Positions 51,670 through 64,000 of a DNA stretch of 64,000 bases are shown in pieces. This stretch comes from Azolla caroliniana (lineage: Eukaryota; Plantae; Polypodiophyta). Position 1 is the first letter of the stretch. Each line of letters begins with the position of its first letter. A program made the position numbers and the translations under genes. Below the pieces are notes generated by a model that was not told the origin of the DNA, did no database searches, and worked only from the letters and a program-made list of their open reading frames with translations. Location: the NCBI GenBank assembly GCA_043228905.1, contig JBHGNT010000020.1:4712001-4776000 (forward strand), read 5' to 3'.

Positions 51670-54580
51670 GCATGGCCCTATGCCAAATCAGTTTCTCGGT
51701 GGTGCCTTGTATTTCGTCAGCTTTATTGACGACTCGACTCGGAAAGTGTGGGCGTATCCGATAAAGACCAAAGATTGAGTGGTCTCGATTTTCTCCGATT
51801 GGCTCGCTATGGTCGAAAATCAGTTAGGCCGAAAACTCAAATGTCTTAGAACAGATAATGGAGGAGAGTTAAAATCTGAAGAATTCGTCAAATTTTGCCA
51901 ACAACGGGGCATTCAACGTGAATATAGTCTAGAGTAGAACGAAATTGCTGAGAGGATGAATTCGACAATTCAAGAAGGGATAGTTTCCATGCTCCAACTT
52001 TCCAGACTGTCTGATGGCTTCTGGGAGGAGTCCCTACTTATGGTAGTACACATTATCAATATCTCGCCTCTAGGACTTAAGATACCTCAAGAATTATGGA
52101 CTGGTAGTAAACCAAGTTACGACAAGCCGAGGATCTTTGGGTGTGAGGCATACACCCTCATACCAAAAGATGATCATCGCCAAAAACTTGCACCAAGGTC
52201 CAGGAAATGTATTTTCCTAGGTTATGGATTAGATGGCAAAATCAAATATTGACTCTGGGACGCCAAGCACAAACAAATCGTTCGAAGTTCGGACGTAGTG
52301 TTCAATGACTTGACTATGCATAAGACGGCCTAAAGGCCTATTGAAATCCGAAGGGTATCTTTTTCCGAAGTGCTGACCCTTCATTAAGGCCTAGCCCATA
52401 ACACAAGATCAGCTTCATGGGTAGCCGAATCCTCAAGTCCCAACTCGACAATGCTCAACTCAAAACAACTGAATGGTTTGGCTCTGGATCATCCGACTTT
52501 GACACCTAATGCGACTCGTCCAGTCATACCTCGAAGATTCGAAAGACTGTCGCAACCCCTAGAGAGATACTCTCCTGGAATTTTCTTTACAGACACCAAA
52601 GAACAAACGTCATACAAAGAAGCATCGGCATCTGGCAATGGAATCTGAGATGAACTTCATTCGAGCAAACCAAACTTGGGACTTGGTCGAGCTCCCGAAG
52701 AATCGACGTGCTCTTCCGAGTGGGCTATCGAGTCAAAGAGACATCTGATTCGGCCACCCCAAAATTCAAGGCCAGACTAGTAGCTAAGGGTTTTTGACAG
52801 GAATATGGTGTTGATTTCGATGAAATCTTTTCACTAGTGGTGAAAATGACAACCCTTAGATTCATGCTCGGCGTCATGGTAGCTGAGGACTTGGAGCTGA
52901 TTCAACTACATGTGAAAACGACATTCCTCCATGGTGATCTAGAGGAGGAAATTTATATGGAGTAGCCGAAAGGCTTTGTGGCACCCGACCAAGAACATCT
53001 AGTCTACCGACACAGGAAGAGTCTATACGGCCTGAAACAGGAACCGCGACAGTGGTATGAGAAGTTCGTTGACTTCATTTAGTCGGCCGGCCTCTCTAGG
53101 AGGGATGAGGACCACTACTTCTTCATGAAAACAACTCGTGATGGGTCACCCATCTTCCTCATCATCTACGTGGATGACATGCTAATCTCCAGTCAGCAAG
53201 CTGGAGAGCTTGCCAAACTCGTTCAACAACTATGGTTGAAGTTTGCCATGAAGGACCTCTATCCAGAAAGATACATTCTTGGCATGAAGATTAGTCGGAA
53301 TCAAAATCGAAGAAAATTGTTTCTGTCCGAATCCGATTATATTAGACGTGCCCTCGATTACTTAAACATGCAATCAGCAAAATCTGCCCTTCGATTGTCT
53401 TAGCGAGACTGCCTGCCATCCCATTCGGAGGGAGAAACCATGAAGTGGGTACCATATGTATGTGATGATCGGGACACGGTGTAACATTGCTCACGCCATA
53501 GGAGTCCTTAGCAAATTCATGCAAAACCCTGGCCAATCGTATTGGAATGCAGTAAAGCATGTGTTCAGATATCTTGTGGGTACAAAAGACCTTGGCATTC
53601 TATTAGGCCCGAACGACACCTCGGGCGTAATCAGCTATGCTGACTCAGACTTTGTTGGATGTGTGGACAGTCGAAAATCGAGAACTAGATACTGCTTTAA
53701 GATCTACAATGGATCAATCTCGTGGAAATCAAAACTTCAGGAGTGCACTGCCACATCAACGACCGAGGCTGAATACCTAACTGCATCCAATGAGGTGGAA
53801 GAGGCCTTATAGCTTGGTCTGTTGGCTTGCACGTTTTGACAACTCGAATCTGACTCGGCTCCAGTTATCTACAGTGACAGCTAGGGTGTTGTCACTCTAT
53901 CAAAAAGTACAATTCATCACAATGCCTCCAAGCATATCGATGTTTGATATCACTTTGTTCGGAACTACGTCATCTCCGAAAAAATCAGCCTTGAAAAGAT
54001 ATCTATAGTTGAAAATGTCGTAGATGGGATGACCAAATGTCTTTCGGTGGATTGATTCTGATCCCTACGGCACCAGATGGGCGTAACTAAGAATCAATCC
54101 GATTAAGTCAGACACTCATGATGTTTTTCGAACAATCGACTTCGACAGCTCAAAGCTCGGTCTTAGTTTTCCCAATCTCGGTCAATTTGGTCTTTTGTTT
54201 TTCGAAATTCACCGACCTGAACGAAATTTTCGATTTCTTCGAAAAACCTTGTATCTATCTGTATTGTACATTTTTTTCGATTTATAGATGTTTTATGTAT
54301 ATGCCCATTACGTGGGAGTGTTGCGTGTGGGTCTCTAATGAACGTATTCACAATGTCTCCCTTTGTACACACTAGTTTTAGGCTATTTATGTAAATAGTG
54401 AGAAGGGAAGTTGGCCTAAGTTAGTCAATATATAAACTGACTTTGTAACCTAGCTTTCTGGTTGTTGCAAATATAGTTCATCTTGTTCTTAACGTCTCTC
54501 TCTCTTGCGTTCTTGTTGATCTTCCTTCTTGATTCTGTTTCTACTTGCCATCAATCTTCTTCATTGCATCTATTAACGAT
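51670..54580 (+). mobile_element. Decayed copia G (INT-RT-RH and probable 3' LTR from ~54319)
   Basis: YFVSFIDDSTRKVW, KCIFLGYG, IYVDDML and STTEAEY. The LTR resembles the copia E LTR; boundaries are approximate. Confidence 0.8.
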
Positions 54581-54636
54581 CTCCTCATAGAAGAGTGTTG
54601 AGATTGTTTCGCATCTACATGACTATGTTCTCAACA

Positions 54637-55939
54637 CTTCCTCCATCTGTCTATGCATCCTTGGCATCTCTAGCCGATCCGAACATTTTGACTTCTTCAG
54701 TCCTGCCAAAATCAAATTTTGCATCCGATTCGGTTCTTCTTCACACTTTGTCTCTCTCCTTTTCGGCTTCAATCCTCCCCCTCAAGTTCGGCATATTGAG
54801 GCGTTGGATGCCAAGCATGCCCAAGAATTTCCGCAACTTGTCTCCAAGAGGTTTGGTGAAGATATCGACAACCTGTCGATCGGTCGGAACATAAAGAAGT
54901 TCGACTTCTCCAGAGAGGACTCGCTCGTGACAAAATGATAGTGCACCTCGATGTGCTTTGTCTGGGTGTGGAAGACAGGGTTCTTCGCTAACTGGACTTT
55001 GCTAAGGTTGTTGCAGAATATGACTGTCATCTCAGACACCTCGATATGCAGATCCTTTTGTAGCCTTTTGAGCCAATTGGCTTCGCACATGGCGACAACC
55101 ACCCCTCGATACTCGGCCTCAGTGCTCGATAGTGCCACTGTCTTCAGCTTTTTACTGCTCCATGTGATCACAACGCTTCCCAATGAAAACACGAACTGAG
55201 ATGTTGACCTTCGATCGCCTGTATTTGTGGCCCAATCGGCATCCATGTAGCCAACTAACTCTTCGGCTACTCCTACCCAATACAACAACGCCCTATCCTT
55301 AGTGATGTTGACATATCACAATATCTGTTGTGTGCACTGAAGGTGTTCTGTCTTTGGCTATGACATGAATTGACTGACTCATCACGCCGACTGGGTAGTT
55401 GAGGTCTGGCCGAGTGATTGTTAAATAAATAAGGCTCCCGACAATTTTTCGGAACCGTGTCAGGTCGCACACCTCTCCAAAATCTCAGCGAAACTTCATG
55501 TTTCTGTCTAGAGGGGTTGAGATGGATTTACAATCGCCATCCTGAAATTGAAGAGCATATTCAACACATAATGGCGTTGGTTGATCAATATGCCTTCGGG
55601 GGTTTGGATCACTTCAATCCCGGGGAAGTAATGAAAGTCCCCCAAGTCCTTTATCTCGAATGATGTCGCAAGCTAAAACTTTACTCGACTAATTTCTCTG
55701 AGGTCGGCACCGACGATGACTAGATCATAGACATATAGCAGAATGCTAATCTGTCTTGTCTGACTCGACCGAATGAACAGTGAAGAGTCGGATTTGGATG
55801 GAGCAAACCGCATCTTACACAACCTTTGTGTGATCTTCGCGTTCCAGGCACATGGGGTTTGCTTCAGTCCATACAACGACTTCTTCAATCGGCAAACTGC
55901 TGAGGTGTTTCCTTTGGATAGAAATTTGGGGGTTTGTAT
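54637..55939 (-). pseudogene. Decayed copia H RT/RNase H fragment
   Basis: CRLKKSLYGLKQ, ALSSTEAEY and KHIEVHYHFV on the minus strand. Confidence 0.85.
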
Positions 55940-56400
55940 TGTTGAGAAAACAATTGTTAACTCTTCAAGAAGAATACGCTGAAATACACAACTCGGAACA
56001 CACACATCAACAGTGTACACATATTTACGTGGAAATCCTAAAACGGGAGAAAACCACGGGAGAACAAGAATTCACTATACAGTGGATGTACAAGGGACAA
56101 GATTACAACACTCTATTGACGGTGGATTGTATCAGCCTCACAGGGCTCTTGGCATCTACTGTTATGAACACAGCTATGGTGTTGCTCTCACACTCTTCTC
56201 TCTCTCTCTCTTCTTTGTAGCTAGCACCAACAGAGGCTAATCACATATTCTGTTCAACTCTCTCGACTATGTTTTGTCCCTATATGTATTTATACTCATA
56301 CATCATATGGGTTATTTACAAGTGTAGTCCTTACTACACATCGTTGCTATTATTATTATTATTATTATTATTGAAACAATAATTGACAATTAATCACTCG
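55940..56400 (-). repeat. Probable copia LTR (solo or fragment) interrupting copia H
   Basis: Starts TGTTGAG. The GTGGAAATCCTAAAACGGGAGAAAACCACGG block resembles the copia B and C LTRs, and a (CT)n tract is present. Right end uncertain. Confidence 0.5.
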
Positions 56401-56862
56401 ACTCTTTGACTGTCGGCTATCGATAGACTCTGAGTCTGTCCATTGGTAGGTTCTTCGTGAGCAGGTCGGATCCATTGTGTGTTAAATGAGCATGCTCAAC
56501 CGGATCCGGATCAACTGAATAAGCAAGAGCTAGATGGGTATCCGGAACGGAGAACCAGATCGGTGTCTCGATGATATTTGGAACTAGGAGCCGGATCGGT
56601 ATCTGGAACGGAGAACCGGATCGGTGTCTGAATGATGTCCGGAACCAAGAGCCGGATCATAATGAAACCGGTAGGCCGTTAGAGACCTACGGATCTAACC
56701 TAATACGTAGGCAGATTGTTGGGAGTCAGTGACAGTCGCTCGTATGAGCATTGAAGTACCTGTCAATACTTCTGTCAGTCCTTTATGGACTTGTATAAAA
56801 GTGCTCTTTGAGCACATTCCATGTACACAGAGTTTTAGAGTATTTTTTGAATAGAGTTTATG

Positions 56863-56909
<47 letters not shown>

Positions 56910-58345
56910 GCACATATTCTCGGTGTTAAGCTTCCATTGAACCTTCCTCTCTAAGTGTTGCTATCCGGTAGAGCCAGTTTGTAATACTCTTCCAAAGCTC
57001 ACGTTCACATGGTATCAGAGCACGAGGGTTGAGAACCTCTGCAACCGACAGATGCTTTTGAAGACAAACCCTAATAACCGGTAACAACAAAAAGAAAAAG
57101 GTATGGATAGAGGTATGGCAAGTTCACTTCCAACAGAGAAGATCGACCGGAGCAACTATGCATCCTGGTGATATAAAATGAACCAGTACTTGCTGGGGCA
57201 TGGTTATTGGAGCTACGTGGAAGGAACCAACGAGGTAGCATCGGAGCCAACACACAAAGACTTCCCGGCATGGGAGCAAGGAGAGAGCGGAGTATTGTAC
57301 TGTCTCGTGTCTGGTGTACATGATCAGATGCTTAGCTACAACAAAGATGCAAAAACGCCAAAGGAGGCCTAGGAAAATCTTCTTAAGATTTTTGCCGATA
57401 GTACCACGGCGCGAAAGTTGCAGTTCCGACAAGAGCTCAACAATATCTGATAGAGGGATATGTCTGTGACTGACTACACCACCAAGATAAAGGAGATTTG
57501 CGATGCGCTTGGGTCCATCAACGTGACGGTGGATGAAGACAAGATGGTTCAAATCTGCCTCAGTGGTCTAGCACAACGGTACAGGCATCTCCGAACGGCG
57601 ATCTGTACGCGGGAGAAGCCAACATCCTTCTTCGACTTACAGTCCATGTTGATGGTCGAAGAAAACCACGCAAGTGGGTCGAGGACCACTGAATCGGACA
57701 GTCGGATGTTGTACATGGAGGTGGATTGACCCCGTGGGCGTGGAGGACGAGGTGGGTCAGCATGCTATGGACGCAGCCGGCAAGAGCAGAACTGACGGCA
57801 CAGAGACAGTGCCGACAGCAGTTCCGGACCCTCCACAAGCAAGGGGAGTCAAGCCAGTGCCGGAAATCGGCAAGGAAAGGTCGACACGAATGCTGGTACT
57901 ATGGCAAGAAATGCCACATAAAAAGCGAGTGCTGGAAGAAGCACGCCGATTCAGATAAATCCGGATCCGGAAAGACCGGATAGGGAAACCGGTAAAGCTT
58001 GCACTATGCAGAAGGATCGGAAAGATCCGGAATTGGGAAGACAGGTAAAGGACTAGCCTTCATGATGAAGCACAAAGCTAACTCGATGAAGAAGCCTACT
58101 GCCAAATCGGAGGAGGTATGATATGTTGATTCTGGAGCATCCAACCAACTGGGTATTGTCGAAACCAAAGATGACACCCCTCACCCAATTGTGCATGTCG
58201 GAGAAGTCCCTTTAAGCCATGTCAGACAAAAGGGGAAGTTGATGAACGTACTACACGTTCCAACTATCACGAAGAACCTGATGTCTGTTGGACAAATCGT
58301 CGACCAGGGGATGTAGGTGCGGATTACGCACCTCGGGTGCTTCAT

Positions 58346-58666
58346 CGAGGAAGAAGGACGGATAATTGTGCAAGGGCGTAGAGAAGGGAGGATGTTCATC
58401 CTCAACCCTAATGACATCGGATATCGACAACATGTTTGCCAAAGGACAGAAGATTGAATCGGATATCGATTTCTGGCATAAACAGATTGGGGACATCAAC
58501 TACCCGAGGAAGAAGGACGGATAATTGTGCAAGGGCGTAGAGAAGGGAGGATGTTCATCCTCAACACTAATGACGTCGGATATCGACAACATGTTTGCCA
58601 AAGGATAGAAGATTGAATCGGATATCGATTTCTGGCATAAACGGATTGGGGACATCACATCAACTA
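58346..58666. repeat. 159-bp tandem duplication in copia I
   Basis: CGAGGAAGAAGGACGGATAATTG occurs at 58346 and 58505. Confidence 0.9.
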
Positions 58667-58686
58667 CCGGAGGCTTCAAGATCTTC

Positions 58687-60264
58687 AATCGAAACAAGTT
58701 GTTTTCGGATTGCCGAAGTTTAGTTTCCGGAAGGCCCAAACATGTGAAGCTTGCCAACTCGAGAAGCAACACCGGCCTCCATTCCCCACCGAACGAAGCC
58801 GAGCCATAACAAGCTTGATGTAATCCATTCGGATGTATTGGGACCGACACAGAATGTTAGTCTTGGCGGGATTTGGTATTTTGTCTCCTTCATCGACGAC
58901 TACAGTTGGCACATATGGATCTATCTCATCGAGAAGAAAAGCGAAGTTTTCAGCTATTTCTGGAACCTGCAAAATCTTGTGGAACGGGAAACGGAGAGGA
59001 AGATCAAGAGCCTGCGGTCGGATGGAGGAAAAGAATACTTTTCCGGCCAATTCAACAGTTATCTGCAACAGAACAGAATTCGGAGAGAATTCAGTTGCCG
59101 ATACACACCGGAACAAAATGGTGTGGTCGAGAGAATGAACCGGTTGATTGTCGACGCGGCAAAGGCAATGCTAGAGGAGAAGAGCATGCCCCAATTCTAC
59201 TGGGTTAACGCGATTGAGACAAGTTGTGTTCGAATTGCCGAAGTTTAGTGGCCGGAAGGCCCAAACATGTGAAGCTTGCCAACTCGGGAAGCAACACCAG
59301 CTTCCATTCCCCACCAAACGAAACCAGAGCCATAACAAGCTTGATGTAATCCATTTGGATGTATGGGGACCGTCATAGAACGTTAGTCTTTGCGGGAGTC
59401 GGTATTCTGTCTCCTTCATTGACGACTACAACCAGCACACGTGGATCTATCTCACCGAGAAGAAAAGCTAAGTCTTCGACTGTTTCCGAAACCCTCAAAA
59501 CTTAATCAAAAGGGAAACGGAGAGGAAGATCAAGTGCCTGCAGTCGGATGGAGGAGAAGAATACTTGTCCAGCCAATTCAACAGTTATCTGCAGCAGAAC
59601 GGAATTCAGAGAGAATTCAGCTACCGATACACACCGGAAGAAAACGGTGTGACCGAGAGAACGAACTGGTCGATTGTCGACACGGCTAGTGCAATGTTGG
59701 AGGAGAAGAACGTGCCCCAATTCTATTGGGCTAACACAATCGAAATAAGTTGTGTTCGGATTGCCGAAGTTTAGTGGCCGGAAGGCCCAAACATGTCAAG
59801 TCTGCCAACTCGGGAAGCAACACCGGCTTCCATTCCCCACTGAACGAAACCTAAGCCATAACAAGCTTGATGTAATCCATTCGGATGTATGGGGACCGGC
59901 ACAAAATGTTAGTCTTGGCGGGAGTCGATATTTTGTCTCCATCGACGACTACAGCTAGCACACGTGGATCAATCTCTTCGAGAAGAAAAGAGAATTCTTC
60001 GACTGTTTCCGGAACCTTCAAAACTTAGTCGAAAGGGAAACAGAGAGGAAGATCAAGTGCCTGCAGTCAGATGGTGGAAAAGAATACTTTTCTGGCCAAT
60101 TCAACAGTTATCTACAACAGAACGGAATTCGGAGAGAATTCAGTTGTCGATACACACCAGAAGAAAATGGTGTGGCCGAGAGAACGAACCGGTCGATTGT
60201 CGACGTGGCAAGGGCAATGCTGGAAGAGAAGAGCATGCCCCAATTCTACTGGGTTGTCACAATC
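58687..60264. repeat. Tandem triplication (~525-bp unit) of the integrase core in copia I
   Basis: AAGTTG..TTCGGATTGCCGAAGTTTAG recurs at ~58696, ~59221 and ~59747. CAATC microhomology at the junctions. Confidence 0.9.
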
Positions 60265-63029
60265 CGGATGGTCATAGACATCCAAAACCGGATCGGAGAC
60301 AAGGTGTCAGCACATGAGCTGTATTTCGGGCGGAAGCTGAATTTGAGGCACTTTTAGATATTCAATAGCATAGCATATGTGCATGTACCAAATGAGAAGC
60401 GGAAGAAGGTAGATCCAAAGTCGGAGAAATGCATCCTAGTCAGTTACTCGCATGAGCAAAAGGGGTATAAATGTTATAACCCCCCGACTAAACAGGTTCG
60501 AGTAAGTTGAGATGTCAAGTTTGATGAGTCGGCATCATGGTACTCCCTACCAACTCCAACTCCCGACGAAGACCCAATTCTGGAAGATAAGGCTAGTGAG
60601 CCAGAGGAGGTCCAGGAAGAAGGTGAAGACTTCGGCACTCTAGAAGAGAGTCTGATCTCATTCTGGCTAAGTGGGCCGAATAAGTGGTTGAGTCAGGATG
60701 ACCAGTCGGATGAAGAACCGGCGAGTAGTGGAGACTCTGTCGTGCTCTCACTGCGCAAGGAACCGAGGAGACAGTTCACGCGCAAAGAGAAGGGGAAGAA
60801 GAAGGTGTCAGAATATGATTCTGGTAGTGAAGGGTGGGATCAGAGTGAATCTGACCCCGGAAAGGGAGAAGGCGGACCTTCAAAAAGGAAATCTGAACCA
60901 GCCAAGAACAACCTCAAACCGGGTAACGAAAAGTTATGCCGGTCAACCCGTCAAAAGAAAACCGTCATGAGGTATGGGTACAATGAGTACATGGCGCATC
61001 ACTATGTGTACATGACTAAGGTGGCGGAAGTGCGTGAGCTGGAGAGCTACGCAGAACCAGCGAAAGTTGCAAATTGGGGTGCTGCTATGGAGGAAGAAAT
61101 GTGAGCAATAGATGCCAACGACACATGCAACCTGGCTGACCCACCCCGACAGTGCAAACCGATCGGTTGCAAGTGGGTGTAGAAGGTAAAGTACAATGCC
61201 GACAGTTCGGTCAATCGGTACAAAGCCCGGTTATTGGCGAAGGGATACGCATAGACCCACAGAATCAACTATGATGAGACCTTCGCTTCGATAGCAAAGA
61301 TGAGGACGATTCGTGTGGTAGTGGCTGTTGTTGCGGCAACGGAATGGCATCTTCACCAAATGGATGTGAAGAATGCATTTCTTCAAGGTGATCTTGAAGA
61401 ACGGGTCTACATGATCCAACCCCCCAGTTTCCAATCGGAGATTAACAAGTCAATAGTGTGCCGACTCAAAAAGTCGCTTTATGGTCTGAAACAAGCCCCC
61501 CGAGCTTGGAATGCGAAGATCACACACCGATTGCGTAAGATGAGGTTTGTGGCCTCTAAGTCCAACTCTTCATTGTTCATCCGGAATGGTCCAGACGGTC
61601 TGGTTTGCATTTTTCTTCATGTCGATGATTTAGACATCACGGACTCGGACTCGATGAAATCGGCAGATTGAAGTCCCAACTGTTGGACGCATTTGAAACG
61701 AAGGACCTGGGGGACCTTCATTATTTTCTTGGGATCAAGGTGATCTGAACCCCCAACAACATATTGTTCTCACAATGCCATTATGTGTTGAATATGTTGT
61801 ACAGGTTCGGCATGATGGAATGTTGACCGACGATCTCTACACCCCTGAACCGGAACCTGAAGCTACGTCTCGACTCCGGCCCGGCTTGCGATGAGAAACG
61901 GTTCCAACAAATTGTCAGAAGCCTCATATACTTGACAATCACTCAACCCGACATCAATTACCCGATCGGAGTGATCAGCTAGTTCATGCAGAAGCCAACT
62001 GTCGAGCACCTTCAATGCACACACCGGATACTTCGGTATGTTAGCGGTACGAAGGACCGGGGACTGTTATACCGACACGGTATAGTTGGGAATCTAGTCG
62101 GATATACCGATGTCGACTAGGTTGGTGATGCATCAAATTGCCAATCCACCTCTAGCTACATGGTTTTTCTTGGTAGCGCGGCTGTTGCGTGGAGCAGCAA
62201 AAAGCAGCCAACAGTGGCTCTGTCGAGCACTGAGGCTGAATATCGGGGCGCTACCATTGCCACCTGTGAAGCCATCTGGCTTTGACGACTGTTGCGAGAC
62301 CTGCGAATCAAGGTGACGACCCCGATCCTAATCTACTGCGACAATGTAAGCAGCATACAGCTCGCCAAGAATCCAGTATTCCATGCTCGGACAAAGCACA
62401 TAGAAGTGCATTATCACTTTGTGCGTGAGCGGGTCCTGAGCGGTGAAGTTGAACTTCGGTATGTTCACACGGATCGGCAAGCTGCCGATATCTTCACCAA
62501 GCCACTCAGATCGAACAAGTTGAAGCACTTTTTGGAGATGCTCGACGTGCCGCTATCGTGATGTTTCTAACATAGTGTGAAACCACCCTCGAAAAGAAGT
62601 AAAATAGTATTACAAATAAACTAGTATTGTGAAGTCAACTTCATTGGTAGAAAAAATACTTTTTCATTTTCCAAAGATAATTCCTTATAAATAAATGGTC
62701 AAAGGATTGAACCTTACAATAAATAATGATGAATATTAAGTTAGAGGTGGTTTTCAAAAGTAGACAAAAGTAGAGAAAACGATGGAGAGAAAAAAAAAAG
62801 CATGCATGGATATGAGCACATTAAAGAAAAAAGCTCATAATTTCCTCGTCAGATGTCCAAATTAGAAAAGCAAAGATGCATAAGAAATCTAACCCAAAGA
62901 GCTTTCCAAGAATATCTTGCATCTAAAAGTTGGGGCTAGAAAACAGAAATGGTGAGGAAAAGAAAAGTTGACTCATATAGACAAGCGATTTTTTTAGGGG
63001 AAAAAGGTAAGCAATCCTAAACCTGAGAT

Positions 63030-64000
63030 ATTACATGTAATCGACTCACGTGGAATACGAGATGAACTATAACGTTGGAAGGCAAATCCAAATGATAAGC
63101 ATTGGGACCTATACATTTTAAAACTTTTTATGGTCCACAATACCGTGGGGCTAATTTTGCACATGGTTCTGTTCTCAATGTTTCTGAGTCCTTAGGAACC
63201 CGTAGAAAAACCTATTGTCCTATGTGGAATTCCCTTGGTTTTCTATCATGATTCGCATAAAAGACATTTCTGTCTCGTGCCATCCTAAGGTTTTCTTCTG
63301 CTAACTTACGTGCTTCGAGCATATCAGATAGAAAATCCTTTGTACTATCCAAAGTGTGCGAATCAAAAGAAACATCAATAGGAGGACGTGGCGTATAACC
63401 ATACACCAACATGAACAGACTGTATTTTGTTGATGTATGCTTAGCGCTGTTCTAGGCAAATTCCACCATAGGAAGGTAAGTCTCCCATAATGAGGGTTTT
63501 TGCGCTACATATGCTCTCAACATATCCTCTAATATTTGATTCACTCTCTCAGTCTACCCATCTGACTGAGGATGATCAAAAGAATTGAGACTCAAGGTTG
63601 TACTTGTAAGCTTGGAGTCTCGATCACTTACAATCTCCATCAGTAGACCATATAAGCTATAAAGATGTTTAATAAACTTAATAGCCAATTGCTTTGCGGT
63701 AATTGTGGATTTTGTTGGAATGAATCTTGCCATCTTGGTAAGCCAATCAGTAACCACCCAAATGGCATTATTTCCCTCAATGGAACAAGGTAATCCAACT
63801 ATGAAATCCATGGATATACTTTGCCACTTTTCAGCTGGAATATCGAGAGGTTGCAATAAGCCAACTTTTTTCTGTCAGTCGGCCTTAATGACCTGACATT
63901 GTGGACAATGTATAACATAGGACTCTACCTCAGGTTTCATTTTTTGCTAGAAAAACCTACCTTTAATCAAAGCTAATTTTCTTTGGACACCTGGATGTCT
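63030..64000 (-). pseudogene. Chromovirus-type gypsy integrase fragment (continues beyond the window)
   Basis: LQPLDIPAEKWQSISMDFIVGLP, IVSDRD, HPQSDG and the GPY/F-type LDLPSN...VFHVSRL. No chromodomain is visible in the window. Confidence 0.8.

Larger units (their letters stand above)
56480..62561 (+). mobile_element. Copia I (5' LTR ~56480-57009, PBS 57010-57021, decayed gag-pol), 3' LTR missing
   Basis: TGGTATCAGAGC, MASSLPTEKIDRSNY, integrase, HQMDVKNAFL and ADIFTKPL. (CT)n at 56865-56906. Confidence 0.9.

Noticed and set aside
54596-54636. 41-bp TGTTGAG...CTCAACA mini-element
   Set aside because: No TSD. It is more likely part of the copia H 3' LTR next to the copia G LTR.

Overview
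This window contains no recognisable host gene. It is a dense nest of plant LTR retrotransposons, and the element lineages suggest a non-seed land plant such as a fern or lycophyte (inference). It holds four non-chromovirus Ty3/gypsy elements of one clade: G1 44-7821 (young, near-intact), G2 15131-30229, G3 ~31406-36546 and G4 ~48394-51550. G1-G3 carry an extra 3' ORF. There are also at least nine Ty1/copia copies or fragments, a divergent gypsy lineage that looks fungal (TGTCGTG...CACGACA LTRs, 4-bp target-site duplication), and a chromovirus-type integrase fragment at the right edge. The most unusual signal is that G1, G2 and G3 all lack a polypurine tract (PPT). Two nucleotides before the 3' LTR each instead has a conserved sense-strand copy of what looks like a tRNA-Arg 3' end: (GT)GGGTTCGA-N13/14-GTCCCACRGGCGTGCCA. 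Read on the opposite strand this is a second, inverted primer-binding site (PBS). It suggests that plus-strand synthesis is primed by a second tRNA or by a tRNA-mimic hairpin. Family assignments and tRNA identities come from motif recognition and memory, not from database searches.
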